This document shows, piece after piece, positions 1 through 12,810 of a DNA stretch of 64,000 nucleotides; the stretch's first letter is position 1; each line of letters opens with the position of its first letter. This DNA comes from Owenia fusiformis (lineage: Eukaryota). A model generated the notes under the pieces. That model did no database searches. It saw only the letters and a program-made list of their open reading frames with translations, and was not told where the DNA came from. The stretch is from positions 35,402,001 through 35,466,000 of the forward strand of contig CAIIXF020000001.1 in the NCBI GenBank assembly GCA_903813345.2, given 5' to 3'. Made by a program: the position numbers and the translations under genes.

Positions 1-1104
1 GAGTGGAGACTTGTTATGCTCCATGTGAAAACACTCAAAGGATTACTACCTCCAGTGAATAAAAATGTCACCCAGACTCAGCATGAAATGTCCTTTCAAA
101 GCTTTACTTACCTCTAAACTGTACATATTGTTTAAATCAATTGTATGTATGGATCAAATAAACATTCATTCATAGCTGAGTAAATTGGAATTCATCAAGA
201 GGGTTGTAAAATATGTGAATTTTTTTCCTTCTGGCCCCCACCCTCTTTGAAGGTCTCCAGACACCGTAACAATTTTTTCTAAATTTTTTAAAAAATACTA
301 CCCAAAAACATAGACTTCAATCTATGCATTTATGATGTTTTTTTCTCCTATTCTTAAAACAAGTTTTTTCACACTTCAATTGGGGCACTCTCTGTTGCTA
401 GTTTACCCAACTCCTTTCTAGCAGAAATTGCCTGCTCCCCCCCCTCCGTCCCAATTCTACGATCACCGGGCGTGTATGTATTCAACTACATAGTCCTATG
501 AATGTAAATGCTGACTTGTCACATCTTGATAGAGACCAAATAAATAAGAAATACATACATACTTAGTGGGACATTTTTATTTGAAAAGGTAACATGGGGG
601 TACAGCAGGTCACAAAGGAGATACAAGTCTGTCAAATCAAAAGAATCATATCATTCTATTTGTGTCAATATCAAATTATCAATACATGTCTAAATACTGA
701 GCAATATATTGAGCATAATTATATTCTTAATAGAAATCAAAAGAGAATACATGTGAAAAGGGTATTGAGGGCAGTGATTAAAAAACAAAATTACCTGAGC
801 ATGTCAATGAACTTGTGGAGTTCATGCACATACTGAATTTGTACACTTAAAATTAAAGTTCATCTACAGGACATGAGTATTACTTGAAAGAATAACATTT
901 AGCATGATGAAATAAAGAAACCATATAAATAAAAGGCCCACAAAAGAAGGAGAACTGGATATGAAATAATGTTTATTAAAAAATAACTTCCACAAATTAC
1001 AAAATCTCTTACGTGATGATTTCTGATTTGAATGAATCGAGGAAACTAGAACAAAACTTGTGACTGGAATACATTCTTCTATATTATAAAGCTTACCATT
1101 AATC

Positions 1105-2451
1105 ATGTGGAAAGAATTTTTGTTTGTATTAAAGGTGACTTTACCAATAGCTATGGGCTACTTGGAGCCATCTATTGGCCAGGCTTTAGATGTAATGAGT
1201 CAGACATTTACAAGAAATACCACTACAACTCTTGTTGTGCTCTCGCTAACTTTGGGGCTTGCGAGCATACTTCGTGCATACTTATCAGCAACACAGTCAA
1301 TTCAGCTGTTCATTGTATTAGTGAACTCAAAGAGAGATCTAAAGAAAGCAATTATATTTCTCCTAATCAATGGTACCATAACAGGTTCAATACTTCTTAT
1401 GATATACTTAACACCACTAGGGATAGTTATTCAATGGATATTCCATATTACTGATGTGGAATTAGCTGAAGTTCGATTTGGTGTGGCAACTTGGTGCCTA
1501 CAGCACATAATCCTGAACATAGCGAATGGGCTTTATGGATTACTGCTAAAACATAAACATACACACTTCTGCATATCATATGAAATAGTTAAAACTGTTC
1601 TTAAGATATCATAATTTTTTGCACTAATGGGAACAAGCATACTGACGACAAGACCAATTTTGATACCTACAATATCAGTGTACATTGCTTGTCTTGGGTG
1701 TTTATTGATCAGCATCATAGGATATAGGATATACCTGAAGGATACATTACCTGTTCAAAGTTCAAATGATGTAACCTATGGTCAAATGATACGATTTACA
1801 CTTCCTTTAGGAATGCAAGAACTTGTTCTAAGGAGTGAAGTTTTCATTATTTCCATAGTGTTATCTCAGATCACAACATCAAGCTCTGAGAGAAGCAGTG
1901 TGTTAGCTTCATTTCAGGTTCTTTATGCTGGTTTTATGCCATTGAGGCGATTAGTTGATATGCTAACACAGACAGTTGCAGTATATCTGTCATCAGGGAT
2001 GAACAGACATTCCCATTTTGATATTGAACTTGCAATATCAATTGTGATCATCATATGTTTCCTTTTTGCTATAACCACATCCATATGTTGGGTAGAACCT
2101 ATTACTAAATTCATATTTCTTATTTTCATGCATACTTCCCAATCAAACTTGAATATGCTGCAGTATCCACTCAAAATGTTCACATTTTGGCCATTCATAC
2201 ATGGACTTAACTCATTTTTAATAGGTGTTTTGCTACACAAAAAGGATACAAACATAGTGTTTGTTAGTTCAGTATGTAATGTGGTTATACTCAGTTGCAT
2301 TCCCTTTTTATTTAATCTTGTTGAAATGGACAAAATACTCTCTGCAGTGGTGTCATTGTTTTTATCAATTACTGCAACTGCATTAATATTACTAGTCTAC
2401 ATGTGTAAGAAATATTTGTTTGCACATGAATATCATGAACACATGGCATAA
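1105..2451 (+). pseudogene. ANKH: Intronless progressive-ankylosis (ANKH)-like membrane transporter with one in-frame premature stop (TAA 1612-1614)
   Basis: ORFs 1105-1614 and 1627-2451 are in the same frame, separated by TAA TTT TTT GCA CTA. Motifs LVNSKRDLKKAI, GLLLKHKH, RPILIPTISVY and VTYGQMIRFTLPLG are colinear with the recalled ANKH sequence (FVNSKRDRTKAV, GILLKHKY, EPLLIPILSLY, ATIRKMLSFWWPLA). Many hydrophobic segments; 448 codons in total. A divergent paralogue rather than a proven orthologue. Confidence 0.8.
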
Positions 2452-2559
2452 ACATTTATTATTGAAATACATTTTAGGCTAACACATGAGGCCCTAATGT
2501 CTATTGCTAGGTGTAAGGTGTCATTTTAAAAGTCCTGATAAACAATCAACTAAACTTAC

Positions 2560-5500
2560 CATCAAAGCGTTCACTGACAGCTAAATCTGCTATGTGTGCC
2601 CCAGCTTGTTTGGCAGTTCGGACCTTACTGGACCACTTTGGTGTGTAGTTCATGCAACAACATGACATACTTTGAGAGAGTTTACTGGCATTCCTCTTCA
2701 GGTGGGTTGTAGGAATCACACCTAAAATGCAGTTATGGAGAAAGGAATGAGAAAGTACACATTGTAACATTTGAAAAAGAAAATACTGTACTGATACAAA
2801 ATATCCAAAATAAAAATTACAGGCAAGCAATTTGTAGATTTAGGCTTAGTTCCCACAAGTTACATATAGAACTTGGTCGTCATTTAAAGCCAAAGCCAAA
2901 ACCTGTAGATGAACGTTTATGTAATATTTGTGGTATTTTAGAAGATGAACAACACTTCATCATGATTTGTAAGAAAAACACTACAGAAAGAAAAAATTTG
3001 TTTGACACCCTTACACAATTTAATTTTGTAGGCAGTCCTGACATTATTTTTAAAAAACTAATGTCTCACAAAAATTCTTATGTAATTTTACATTTAGCAA
3101 AGTTCATCTATCATTCACTCAAAAAATTGGATTAATGTGTCAACGATGCATCACACTGATGTTTAAATTTCTGTCAAGTTATATTTGTATTTTATAATTA
3201 TCTTGTATTCTGATGCTGTCCCCAGCTCCGATTTCGGTGATCGGCTAGTAAAAAAGGTTTGAGGGTATCATTTTGTTCCAGACACTCTCTAGAGTAAATT
3301 ATCCTAACTTGAGTAAAAATGTGTGGTAAGTAAATTCACTATGGGCAGTTAAAGAGGCGCCATCTATTCATTTTCAAACAGGGGGTAGGGGTATTAAATA
3401 ATTTTTAAAACATTTTAATAGTAAAATGACATTGAAATACTAATAAAATCTTATCAAAAACATTATTTACAATCAGTATGAATTTTCTTGTGTGAATTAG
3501 GGTGAAAATAAGGGCATATTTTTAAATTCACTACAGGGGCGCCACCTATTTTCATACTTCTACCACGTGTAATAACTTATTTTAGATTCGTTAAGGTACG
3601 AAATGTACTGAAAAAATTCATTCTGAAGGACCTATATATGTTCATACCACATACTCAAAATTGGATCAATAGGTTTTGAACTGGCGGAGAAAAAAATTAT
3701 TGAAATTTAAAATTGTGGCATCTTGCAGGATAGGGGTGACCATATCTCACATGATTAACTTCCAAAATATGGAGCATATGTATCTCAAATGTACTCAAAA
3801 TGGTGTATGTACTCTTGCTTTGTCATAATATTACTAATAAGAAGTAGAAAAATGATTGTACATTTTAAAAAATATTAATTCTCATTTTGGCTTCTGACGT
3901 CCCAGGAGTGACCATATCTCACCTTAATAACTTCCAAAATATGGAGCATATGTATCTCAAATGTACTCAAAATGGTGTATGTACTCTTGCTTTGTCATAA
4001 TATTACTAATAAGAAGTAGAAAAATGATTGTACATTTTAAAAAATATTGATTCTCATTTTGGCTTCTGACGTCCCAGGGATGACCATATCTCACCTTAAT
4101 AACTTCCAAAATATGGAGCATATGTATCTCAAATGTACTCAAAATGGTGTATGTACTCTTGATTTGTCATAATATTACTAATAAGAAGAAGAAAAATGAT
4201 TGTACATTTTAAAAAATATTGATTCTCATTTTGGCTTCTGACGTCCCAGGGTTGACCATATCTCACCTTAATAACTTCCGAAATATGGAGCATATGTATC
4301 TCAAATGTACTCAAAATGGTGAATGTACTCTTGCTTTGTCATAATATTACTAATAAGAAGTAAAATAAAAAATTGTACATTTAAAATAATATTGATTCTC
4401 ATTTTGGCTTCTGACGTCCCAGGGGTGACCATATCTCACCTTAATAACTTCCAAAATATGGAGCATATGTATCTCAAATGTACTCAAAAAGGTGTATGTA
4501 CTCTTGCTTTTTCATAATATTACTAATAAGAAGTAGGAAAATGATTATACATTTCAAAATTTTTAATTTTAGCTTCTTACGTTCCTGGGTAATCATATCG
4601 GACCATATAATAATAATCCTCAAATATTCTCAGAAAAGTCCTGTCTTTTTCATATTACTTATGAAATGTAGAAAAATGATTGCATTTTTTTTATAAATCT
4701 TAATTTTAGCCTCTGGTGTCCCAGGGGCTATCTCATCTTGATAACTCTCATGAAAATTTCAATTCAAAAAAGGTGTAATAATTTTTTCTACATCTCATGA
4801 ATAATATTATGACAAAGCAAGACCATATGCCCCATTTTTGGTATATTTGAGTTGTATATGTTACATAATTTCAGAAGTTAGTGAGGGACGTCAGAAGCTA
4901 AAATTAAAATTTTTTAAACGTATAATCTTCTTATTAGTATAATATTATGACAAAGCAAGAGTACATACACCATTTTGAGTACATTTCAGATACATATGCT
5001 CCATATTTTGGAAGTTATTAAGGTGAGATATGGTCACCCCTGGGACGTCAGAAGCCAAAATGAGAATTAATATTTTTAAAAATGTGCAATCATTTTCCTA
5101 CATCTTATTAGTAATATTATGACAAGACAAGACTATATACACCATTTTGAATACATTTGAGATACATATGTTACATATTTTGGAAGTTATTAAGGTGAGA
5201 TATGGTCAGTGGTCATCCCTGGAACGTCGGAAGCTAAAATGAAAATTAATATTTTTAAAATGTACAATCATTTCTCTACATCTTATTAGTAATATTATGA
5301 CAAGGCAAGACTATATATACCATTTGAGGCTTTTTGAGCATATTTGAGATACAAATGCTCCATATTTTGGAAGTTATTAAGGTGAGATATGGTCACCCCT
5401 GGAACGTCAGAAGCCAAAATGAGAATTAATATTTTTTAAATTGAACAATCATTTTTCTACTTCTTATTAGTAATATTATGACAAAGCAAGAGTACATGCA

Positions 5501-8500
5501 CCATTTTTAGCACATCTGAGATACAAATGCTCCATATTTTGGAAGTTATTAAGGTGAGATATGGTCACCCCTGGAACGTCAGAAGCCAAAATGAGAATTA
5601 GTATTTTTTAAAATGTACAATCATTTATCTACTTCTTATTAGTAATATTATGACAAAGCAAGAGTACATACACCATTTTGAGCACATTTGAGATACATAT
5701 GCTCCATATTTTGGAAGTTATTAAGGTGAGATATGGTCACCCCTTGGACGTCAGAAGCCAAAATGAGAATTTATATTTTTTAAAATTGTACAATCATTTT
5801 TCTACTTCTTATTTGTAATATTATGACAAAGCAAGAGTACATACACCATTTTGAGTACATTTGAGATACATATGCTCCATATTTTGGAAGTTAATCATGT
5901 GAGATATGGTCACCCCTGGGACGTCAGAAGCCAAAATGAGAATTAATATTTTTTAAAATGTACAATCATTTATCTACTTCTTATTAGTAATATTATGACA
6001 AAGCAAGAGTACATACACCATTTTGAGCACATTTGAGATACATATGCTCCATATTTTGGAAGTTATTAAGGTGAGATATGGTCACCCCTGGGACGTCAGA
6101 AGCCAAAATGAGAATTTATATTTTTTAAAATTGTACAATCATTTTTCTACTTCTTATTAGTAATATTATGACAAAGCAAGAGTACATACACCATTTTGAG
6201 TACATTTGAGATACATATGCTCCATATTTTGGAAGTTAATCATGTGAGATATGGTCACCCCTATCCTGCATGATGCCACAATTCTAAATTTCAATAATTT
6301 TTTTCTCCCCAGGTACACAAGCTATTGATCCAATTTTAAGTATGTGGTATGAACATATATTGGTCCTTTAGAATTAATTTTTTCAGTACACTTCGTACCT
6401 TAATGAATCTAAAATAACTTATTACATGTGGTAGAAGTACGAAAATAGGTGGTGCCCCTGTAGTGAATTTCAAAATATGCCCTTATTTTCACCCTAATCC
6501 ACACAAGAAAATTCATACTGATTGTAAATAATGTTTTTGATAAGATTTTATTAGTATTTTAATGTCATTTTACTATTAAAATGTGATAAAAAATTATTTT
6601 ATACGCCTACCCCCTGTTTGAAAATGAATAGATGGCGCCTCTCTAACTGCCCATAGCGAATTCACTTACCACACATTTTTACTCAAGTTAGGATAATTTA
6701 CTCTAGCTAGTGTCTAGAACAAAATGATACCCTCAAACCTTTTTTACTAGCCGATCACCGAAATCGGAGCTGGGGACAGCATCATTCTGTATTTTAAAAT
6801 TGATGATGTAATTAGAATTGTATTTGACAACAACTTTATTTTTGTATTCAATAGTTAGTTTAGTCTTAGGTCAGTTTTTGTAGATTGTAGTTTTTAGTGA
6901 CTAATATGTCATTGTAATGACATCAGAGAGTCAATAAAAGATATATATACTCTTGGTTAATATCATGAAATTTGAGAAATCGTAATTTCGCAGCTATTTT
7001 TCGCGGTATCCACAAGTTCAAATTTCATTATTCTCTGAATCCTTAAGTTTTGCAAACTAAGTCACCTTTTATACAGTAGTTACATTCAATCCAGTGTAAT
7101 ATTTTGATAAAATTTATAATTACTAGATCTTGAAGAACAGTAGGCTGCACCCCAACCTCTGTTACTTACATCGCCATTTTTGGTCTAATTGATCATTGCT
7201 TAATATCCCATTCATTGCCCAATAACATTTGACACACATTTTACACAGAACGAAATGAGTCCCAGGTCATAACAAATCCCCGGGGATTTAATTTGCGAAT
7301 TTCACGACGATTATTTTACGCGATTTTACTACAATCGCGAAAAGCGTGAAACTAATTTCGCACACAAAAAATACAGGGAGTACAGTAGCACAAACTAACA
7401 TACAAATCATGTCAAACCTAATTCTAACATAAAGCATATAAAATACATATACGTACAGTATACTTCAAAAGCCAAGTATTCAAATTAGTGGGTAAATCTG
7501 ATCTTAAATGGTCTGCAACTTGACATTTACTTTCTTAATCCTGAAAATATCTAAGTTTAAATATGGTAAGTTGATCTACAAGTAAGCAGTTTGATAAGTT
7601 CCTTTGGGCCCTCACATTTGTTCAATGTAAAAGCAATTTATTCAACTTCTGTGAGCAATCTTTTCACTAAAATTGCTCTTATTTGAATAATTTTCATCCA
7701 ATTTACACAGAAATTGTTTTAAGATGTGTAGAAATGATCTCAGCCATCTCGTTTTACTAAATTGATACATCTAAAGTTGTATAGGTATGTAGTTAATGTC
7801 AAAAGGTGGCAAAAATGAAAAAATCTCTGGTATGGTTTCAACTGATTTAGAGCCTGGGATTCAAGAGGTTAATGTAGATATTATCTTTGAAATAACCCAA
7901 GAGATAAAATTCCAGGGGTTCAGATTGTGTGATTTTGGTACATTCAGCATTTGGAGCAGTTTTTGTAAAATCACAACAACTGATAATAGACCAATGAAGC
8001 TCAGTAGAATGAAAGAACATAAAACAAGGTTTAAATGCACCAAGTATAACTTTAAACACATGCAAGATGACTTGGGTTATAACATTTGTTTTGGTTACAT
8101 TTTTGGCTCACTATGTACAAGCCAATTTCTAATTTATGTTAAACAAGAAGAAGGAGTAGAGTCAAAATGATTTGATTTTATTGTAATATCACTGGTAGAT
8201 AATGAAAGTACGAAGCTAATTATACAATAAAATGTTTAAATTAAAATGACTGATAATTACCTGGATCAACTGTATTAACACGTACATAGGTATTATGTAA
8301 TTTCTCCGCAAGTTTAAATGTGAACAGCACATTGCAGAGTTTTGAATTCTTATAGGCTTGTAGACCATTGTAAGAGCCTTCTTTCTTCAGTGTGAAATTC
8401 TCTGGATCTAAGAAACCAATTCCTAAAATGGTTTCAGATAAGGAAGATAAAAACAAAACACAGTTGAAAATAAAGTGACTGAAATTGATATTGGTATACC

Positions 8501-11500
8501 AATAAACTCCATCACATCTGTCCTAATTAAATAGGATAATTAATATATTTACTTACTGCCAAGTATTCAGGTAAAATGATATTGAAGTTAGCTATGGCTA
8601 TGCAAAATCTTCTGGACCTATATCCATAGATAAAATGTAGACCACCATGTACATGCTATTCATGATTCAAGCTGACAAGAGAGAAAAAAATAAATGAATT
8701 TCATAAAAATTATGACATGGGTCTCTTGTTATTTGCTGTGAAATCAAAGGTCATATTTTGCATATAAAGAAATACAACATTAAATGTTGCAGTTATGTGA
8801 GTGAAAATGACACAAATGAAGAGGACAAATCTGATCAAAGTACATGTATACTACAATGTATGCATATTTTTGACAATGGCAACACTGTACATACCTCTCA
8901 TGAGCAGACCCCCATTTTCATGATCATGAAGGCCACATGTGACATTTACAATCCTAGCATCTCCAGTAATCTCACCAGCTGTCTTAAGGTAGTCTAGAAC
9001 CATATTGGTCAACAGGAAGTGACCTAAATTAAACATATTAATCTGCTTTAACAAAAATTCCAAAAATTCCTACATATGTTCATCTAAGCATGTATGTATT
9101 ATCACTTTCTGACCAATTATGTAGTATAGTCATATTATATTAGATCACTGGTTTATAAAACCATCAATTTTGACAAATTTTGAAATTTAAGGCCCATTTT
9201 CTTCTTCTGGGCCCATCCTAGGGTGGGTGTGGGATCAAGGAGGGGGGATGGACATTTATGTTCTGGGTGCCCCTCCAGATCCTCCAGTGATAAGCTTATT
9301 TCAAACCAGAACAACGGCAACGCCAAAGCGTAGCGAATCCCATCGAACAGAAATGGCTGGCATTTTTACAAACGAATAGCAAATATCATAAAACAACACA
9401 GCAGAAAGGCCACCATTTTCAAAATGGTTGCTCACTAGCCAAGTTGTCATCAGAAGAAATAATATGCTTTTAAGTAGCCACCTCTAAAATTTTTGAAAAA
9501 TCTCACACATACTTGTAAAATTACACACATAAAAATGGTGGCCATTTTTCAAAATGGCCAACTACTCCCCAAATTTTTATTAGACAATGTGCCATGCTTA
9601 AAGTATTCACATATCAAATATGAACAAAATCGCTCCACTACTTTTCGAGTTATAGTAAAATATGTTAAAATGGCGGCCATTTTTCAAAATGGCCACCGTC
9701 TACCAAAAGTGTCATTAGAAATAGACAGTATGCCATGCTTATAGTATTCACATACCAAATATGAACAAAATCACTCCACTACTTTTCGAGTTATAGTAAA
9801 ATACGTTAAAATGGCGGCCATTTTTCAAAATGTTTTTCAAAATGGCCGCCTTCTACCAAAAGTGTCATAGGACAGTGTGCCATACTTATAGTATTCACAT
9901 ACCAAATATGAACAAAATCGCTCCACTACTTTTCGAGTTATAGTAAAATACGTTTTCAATTTTTTTTTCAAAATGGCCGCCTTCTACCAAAAGTGTCATA
10001 GGACAGTGTGCCATGCTTATAGTATTCACATACCAAATATAAACAAAATCGCTCCACTACTTTTCGAGTTATAGTTAAATACGTTAAAATGGCCACCTTC
10101 TACCAAAAGTGTTTTTAGACAGTGTGCAATGCTTATAGTATTCACATACCAAATATGAACAAAATTGCTCCACTATTTTTTGAGTTATAGCAAAAATCGT
10201 AAAATGCAAGTAAAGGCCGCCATTTTTCAAGATGGCTGCCATGTGCTTCTTTAATATCTACATTTGTAGCATTATTAATGTCCTTTATAATTTTTTTACA
10301 TTTAAAACATATTGCTATTACAGTTTTACATATTACACCTAAATTACTGTAAAATCGGCACTAAAATGGCCGCCATTTTGAAATGAGCGGCCATTTTGAA
10401 AATCAGCTTTCGAGCAGAACTTCTACCCCCATAGGGTATATGTGTACAAAATATGAACAAAATTGGGCCAACGGTATTTGAGTTATTGCCCGGACGGACG
10501 GACGGACGGAGGCGTTCCCTATATCCCTCCGAACTTCGTTCGATGGGATAAATATAAATGGAATAACTTGTGGCCAAAAAATTATTTTTTGGACAATAAA
10601 AATGTTGAGATGAGGCAAGCTTTTGAGACACTAATGAAAAAACTTAGTACTATATATTTATTTAAATACAGGAAATGCTTTGTTACAGTGTCAGAGATGG
10701 TATTGCTTGCACTTCTTTAAGCACAACCTGAGCACTTATAACTGGGCGCTTTGTCAAATACGGTTGGTAGTGAATGTCTAAGTAAAATCATATGAATTGA
10801 TTTAAAGAATTAAAACGTTTTTTACTTCCACCTTAATATCTGATTGAAATTTGTCCCAACAATTTTGAGAAAGAACATTAAAGTATTACAGAATACAGAC
10901 GCTTACCTAAGTGGTTGGTTGCCATAACATACTCAAGCCCTTCACTGGTACATCTCCTGCTGAGGTCTTTGAAATTAGGTGCCATACCTGCATTATTGAT
11001 CAGGACATGTAGTCTCCTTTTCTTTTTGGTAAAGATTTTCACAAATTCCTTCACTGACTGCATACTGGACAGATCCAGCTGAAAACAAAGTTCAGCTCTT
11101 ACTAGTATAGGTAGTACTAGTACTAGTATAGGTTGGAATGGAATAATATTTGTAAAATAAATTCTTGTACAGTATCACATAACTTCTATCTAGAGGGACC
11201 ATACAAATATGAAAAACTGGTCATAATATATTTTCATATTCTAAAATCAAAGTTAAAGCAAAATACTAGTAATACAGTTATTTTAGTTATAGAAAAATAT
11301 TAAAACTAACATTAAATTCAAACACTATATGTTTGCATGAAATCAATTGTAAGATTTAGCCTTTGAGTAAACCTAAAGAAGATGGCCAATATTGTGATCA
11401 AAACACTGCACAGTTACTTTCAAGCACGAAGGTCAAAATTTGTTTTTCATTGTAGGCTTCATGAATATTACCCACCTCCATGAACTCAATTAAAGCATTT

Positions 11501-11655
11501 GGCCATTTTGCTTGTATCCTAGCACAGGCTTCATCTCCCTTCTCTCTATCTCTGCAGGTTATGACAATATCATGGCCTCCCTCAGCTAGGTGCCTTGCAG
11601 TCTCAAATCCAATACCAGATGTCCCCCCAGTGATGAGAATAACACGACCAGACAT
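2560..11655 (-). CDS. Short-chain dehydrogenase/reductase, retinol dehydrogenase 11-14/WWOX/DHRSX-like (3' end incomplete)
   Basis: Coding exons 11655-11476, 11078-10907, 9023-8895, 8422-8261, 2721-2560, all GT-AG and phase-compatible. Motifs TGGTSGIG (Rossmann fold), LDLSS, LINNAG, ATNHLGHF, YKNSK (catalytic YxxxK), VDPG. The last exon seen ends at a donor (G|gtaagt); the terminal exon was not located. Confidence 0.9.
2765..3135 (+). mobile_element. 3' end of a non-LTR retrotransposon ORF2 (RTEX/CR1/L2-like), 5'-truncated
   Basis: Open frame without ATG, absent from the ORF track: RQAICRFRLSSHKLHIELGRH...ERLCNICGILEDEQHFIMIC, stop at 3133-3135. This is the C-terminal CCHC motif typical of these clades. 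Its 3' UTR appears to resume at 6785 and ends with a hairpin (atgtcattgtaatgacat), AATAAA and (TA)n near 6905-6950. Confidence 0.8.
3211..6784. mobile_element. Foldback-type non-autonomous DNA transposon, copy 1 (internally deleted), with 172-bp satellite arrays in both arms
   Basis: Begins TGATGCTGTCCCCAGCTCCGATTTCGGTGATCGGC and ends with the exact reverse complement. About 525 bp of unique TIR, then 5 (left) and 8 (right) recognisable 172-bp units in opposite orientations. Flanked by ttc/ttc. Confidence 0.95.
9304..10552 (-). mobile_element. Helentron-associated non-autonomous element (HINE/DINE-1-like), family A, copy 1
   Basis: Subterminal inverted repeat atcccatcgaa/ttcgatgggat, (GTCC)n microsatellite near the 5' end, central tandem repeats of about 115-147 bp rich in aaaatggcggccatttt, 3' hairpin, T-rich insertion context. 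Second copy at 31992-36971. Confidence 0.75.
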
Positions 11656-11807
11656 GATCACCTGAAAAATACAATACAATGTACTTGTATGTTTAAACGT
11701 TAAGGCAATGATCAGAAATGCAACTTTACTTCTGTTGATATACTTTGAGTTGAATATTGATGAATAGGAGAACATATCAATATTATTATGATCTTAGATA
11801 AAAATCA

Positions 11808-12554
11808 AACTAGAAAATGGCAACTCCAAGGAGTAGTGATTCCAATACCAGATGCATAAGTAATACCTTCAGGGGTTTTAAAGATATCCATCATGGGTGA
11901 CCAAAATTAAGCTGAAATCAATGGATCGCATGAGTTTTCCCTAACAAGGGAAATATTGTTTTCCACTTTATCTAAGAGGAATTACTTATTCCTTTAAAGG
12001 GGTTAACCTTGTCTCAAAACGCGACATATTGATGCAATAAAAATTGAAAAAGCAGGCTAGGAAGGGGTTGAAAATCAGAACAACATTTCAGAAAAACATG
12101 TGGGTGGGTTGTTTGCATCTTCCCTGTCTCAAAGTCGAAATTATTTTATCATATCTATAAGTGCTTTTCCTGGAGGTAATGCATTGGTCTAACATATGCA
12201 CCTGTTTAAATCCTCAGAAAATAGCCAAAATCCAACATATGACAAATCTGTTGCGATACTTCCCCCCCTCCTTTCAAACAATAATACTCATTACTTTGGT
12301 TAGAAATGAAAGATTTAGATATTCGCAAAAATTTCAGGCAATTTTTAAAGCGGTGGCCATCTTGAAAAAATATCTTTTGTGTACAACCATTTACCAATAT
12401 CCATCTTTCCACCAAATATGAGGAAAATCCATCCACTAGTATTTAGTTATTTGCAGACAGACGGACAGACTGACTGATGGATGGACGGACTGATGGATTA
12501 ACAGACAGAGGGCTGCACTATATCCCTACCAAACTTTGCTCGATGGGATAATAA
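11808..12554 (-). mobile_element. HINE-like element, family C
   Basis: On +: AACTAG end with a small hairpin, then (GACA/GACG/GATG)n microsatellite at 12455-12508 followed by tatatccc...cgatgggataataa. Same architecture as family A. Confidence 0.55.
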
Positions 12555-12604
12555 CTGCTTTCAGGACTGATTCTATGCCTCTCATAATGTTTACTAGATG
12601 AAAC

Positions 12605-12810
12605 CAGTGATCTCCCCAGCATTAAAGCAAGTGGGCGCAGCACCCACCTGAGATTTTGAAAATAGCATAGCACCCACCTGAAAATCTAATTGCACCCACT
12701 TGAAAATGAGAAAAATTATGGAAAAAGGACATATTTTGACCAATTTTGGTCTGAATTGTGAAAATAAGAATTTTGCACCCACCTGAGAAAAAATCCTGGG
12801 GAGATCACTG
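12605..12810. mobile_element. hAT-like MITE (CAGTGATCTCCCC termini), 5-bp TSD gaaac
   Basis: TIR cagtgatctcccc/ggggagatcactg, gcacccac subterminal repeats. Related copies at 52988-53206 and 58918-59106. Confidence 0.85.

Noticed and set aside
1..165. Open frame 1-117 followed by AATAAA, possibly the end of an upstream + strand gene
   Set aside because: Only 38 codons, no recognisable motif, truncated by the window edge.
1612..1614. Selenocysteine or programmed readthrough in the ANKH-like gene
   Set aside because: The codon is TAA followed by T, the least leaky context, and no stimulatory element was seen.
3735..6265. Regularly spaced repeats resembling a CRISPR array; short ORFs such as [10 protein letters not shown]
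   Set aside because: Whole 172-bp units repeat with no unique spacers, no cas genes are present and the context is eukaryotic; the ORFs are by-products of the repeat.
7796..8170. 124-aa ORF and other short track ORFs in introns
   Set aside because: No recognisable domains or splice structure; consistent with chance ORFs or repeat fragments.
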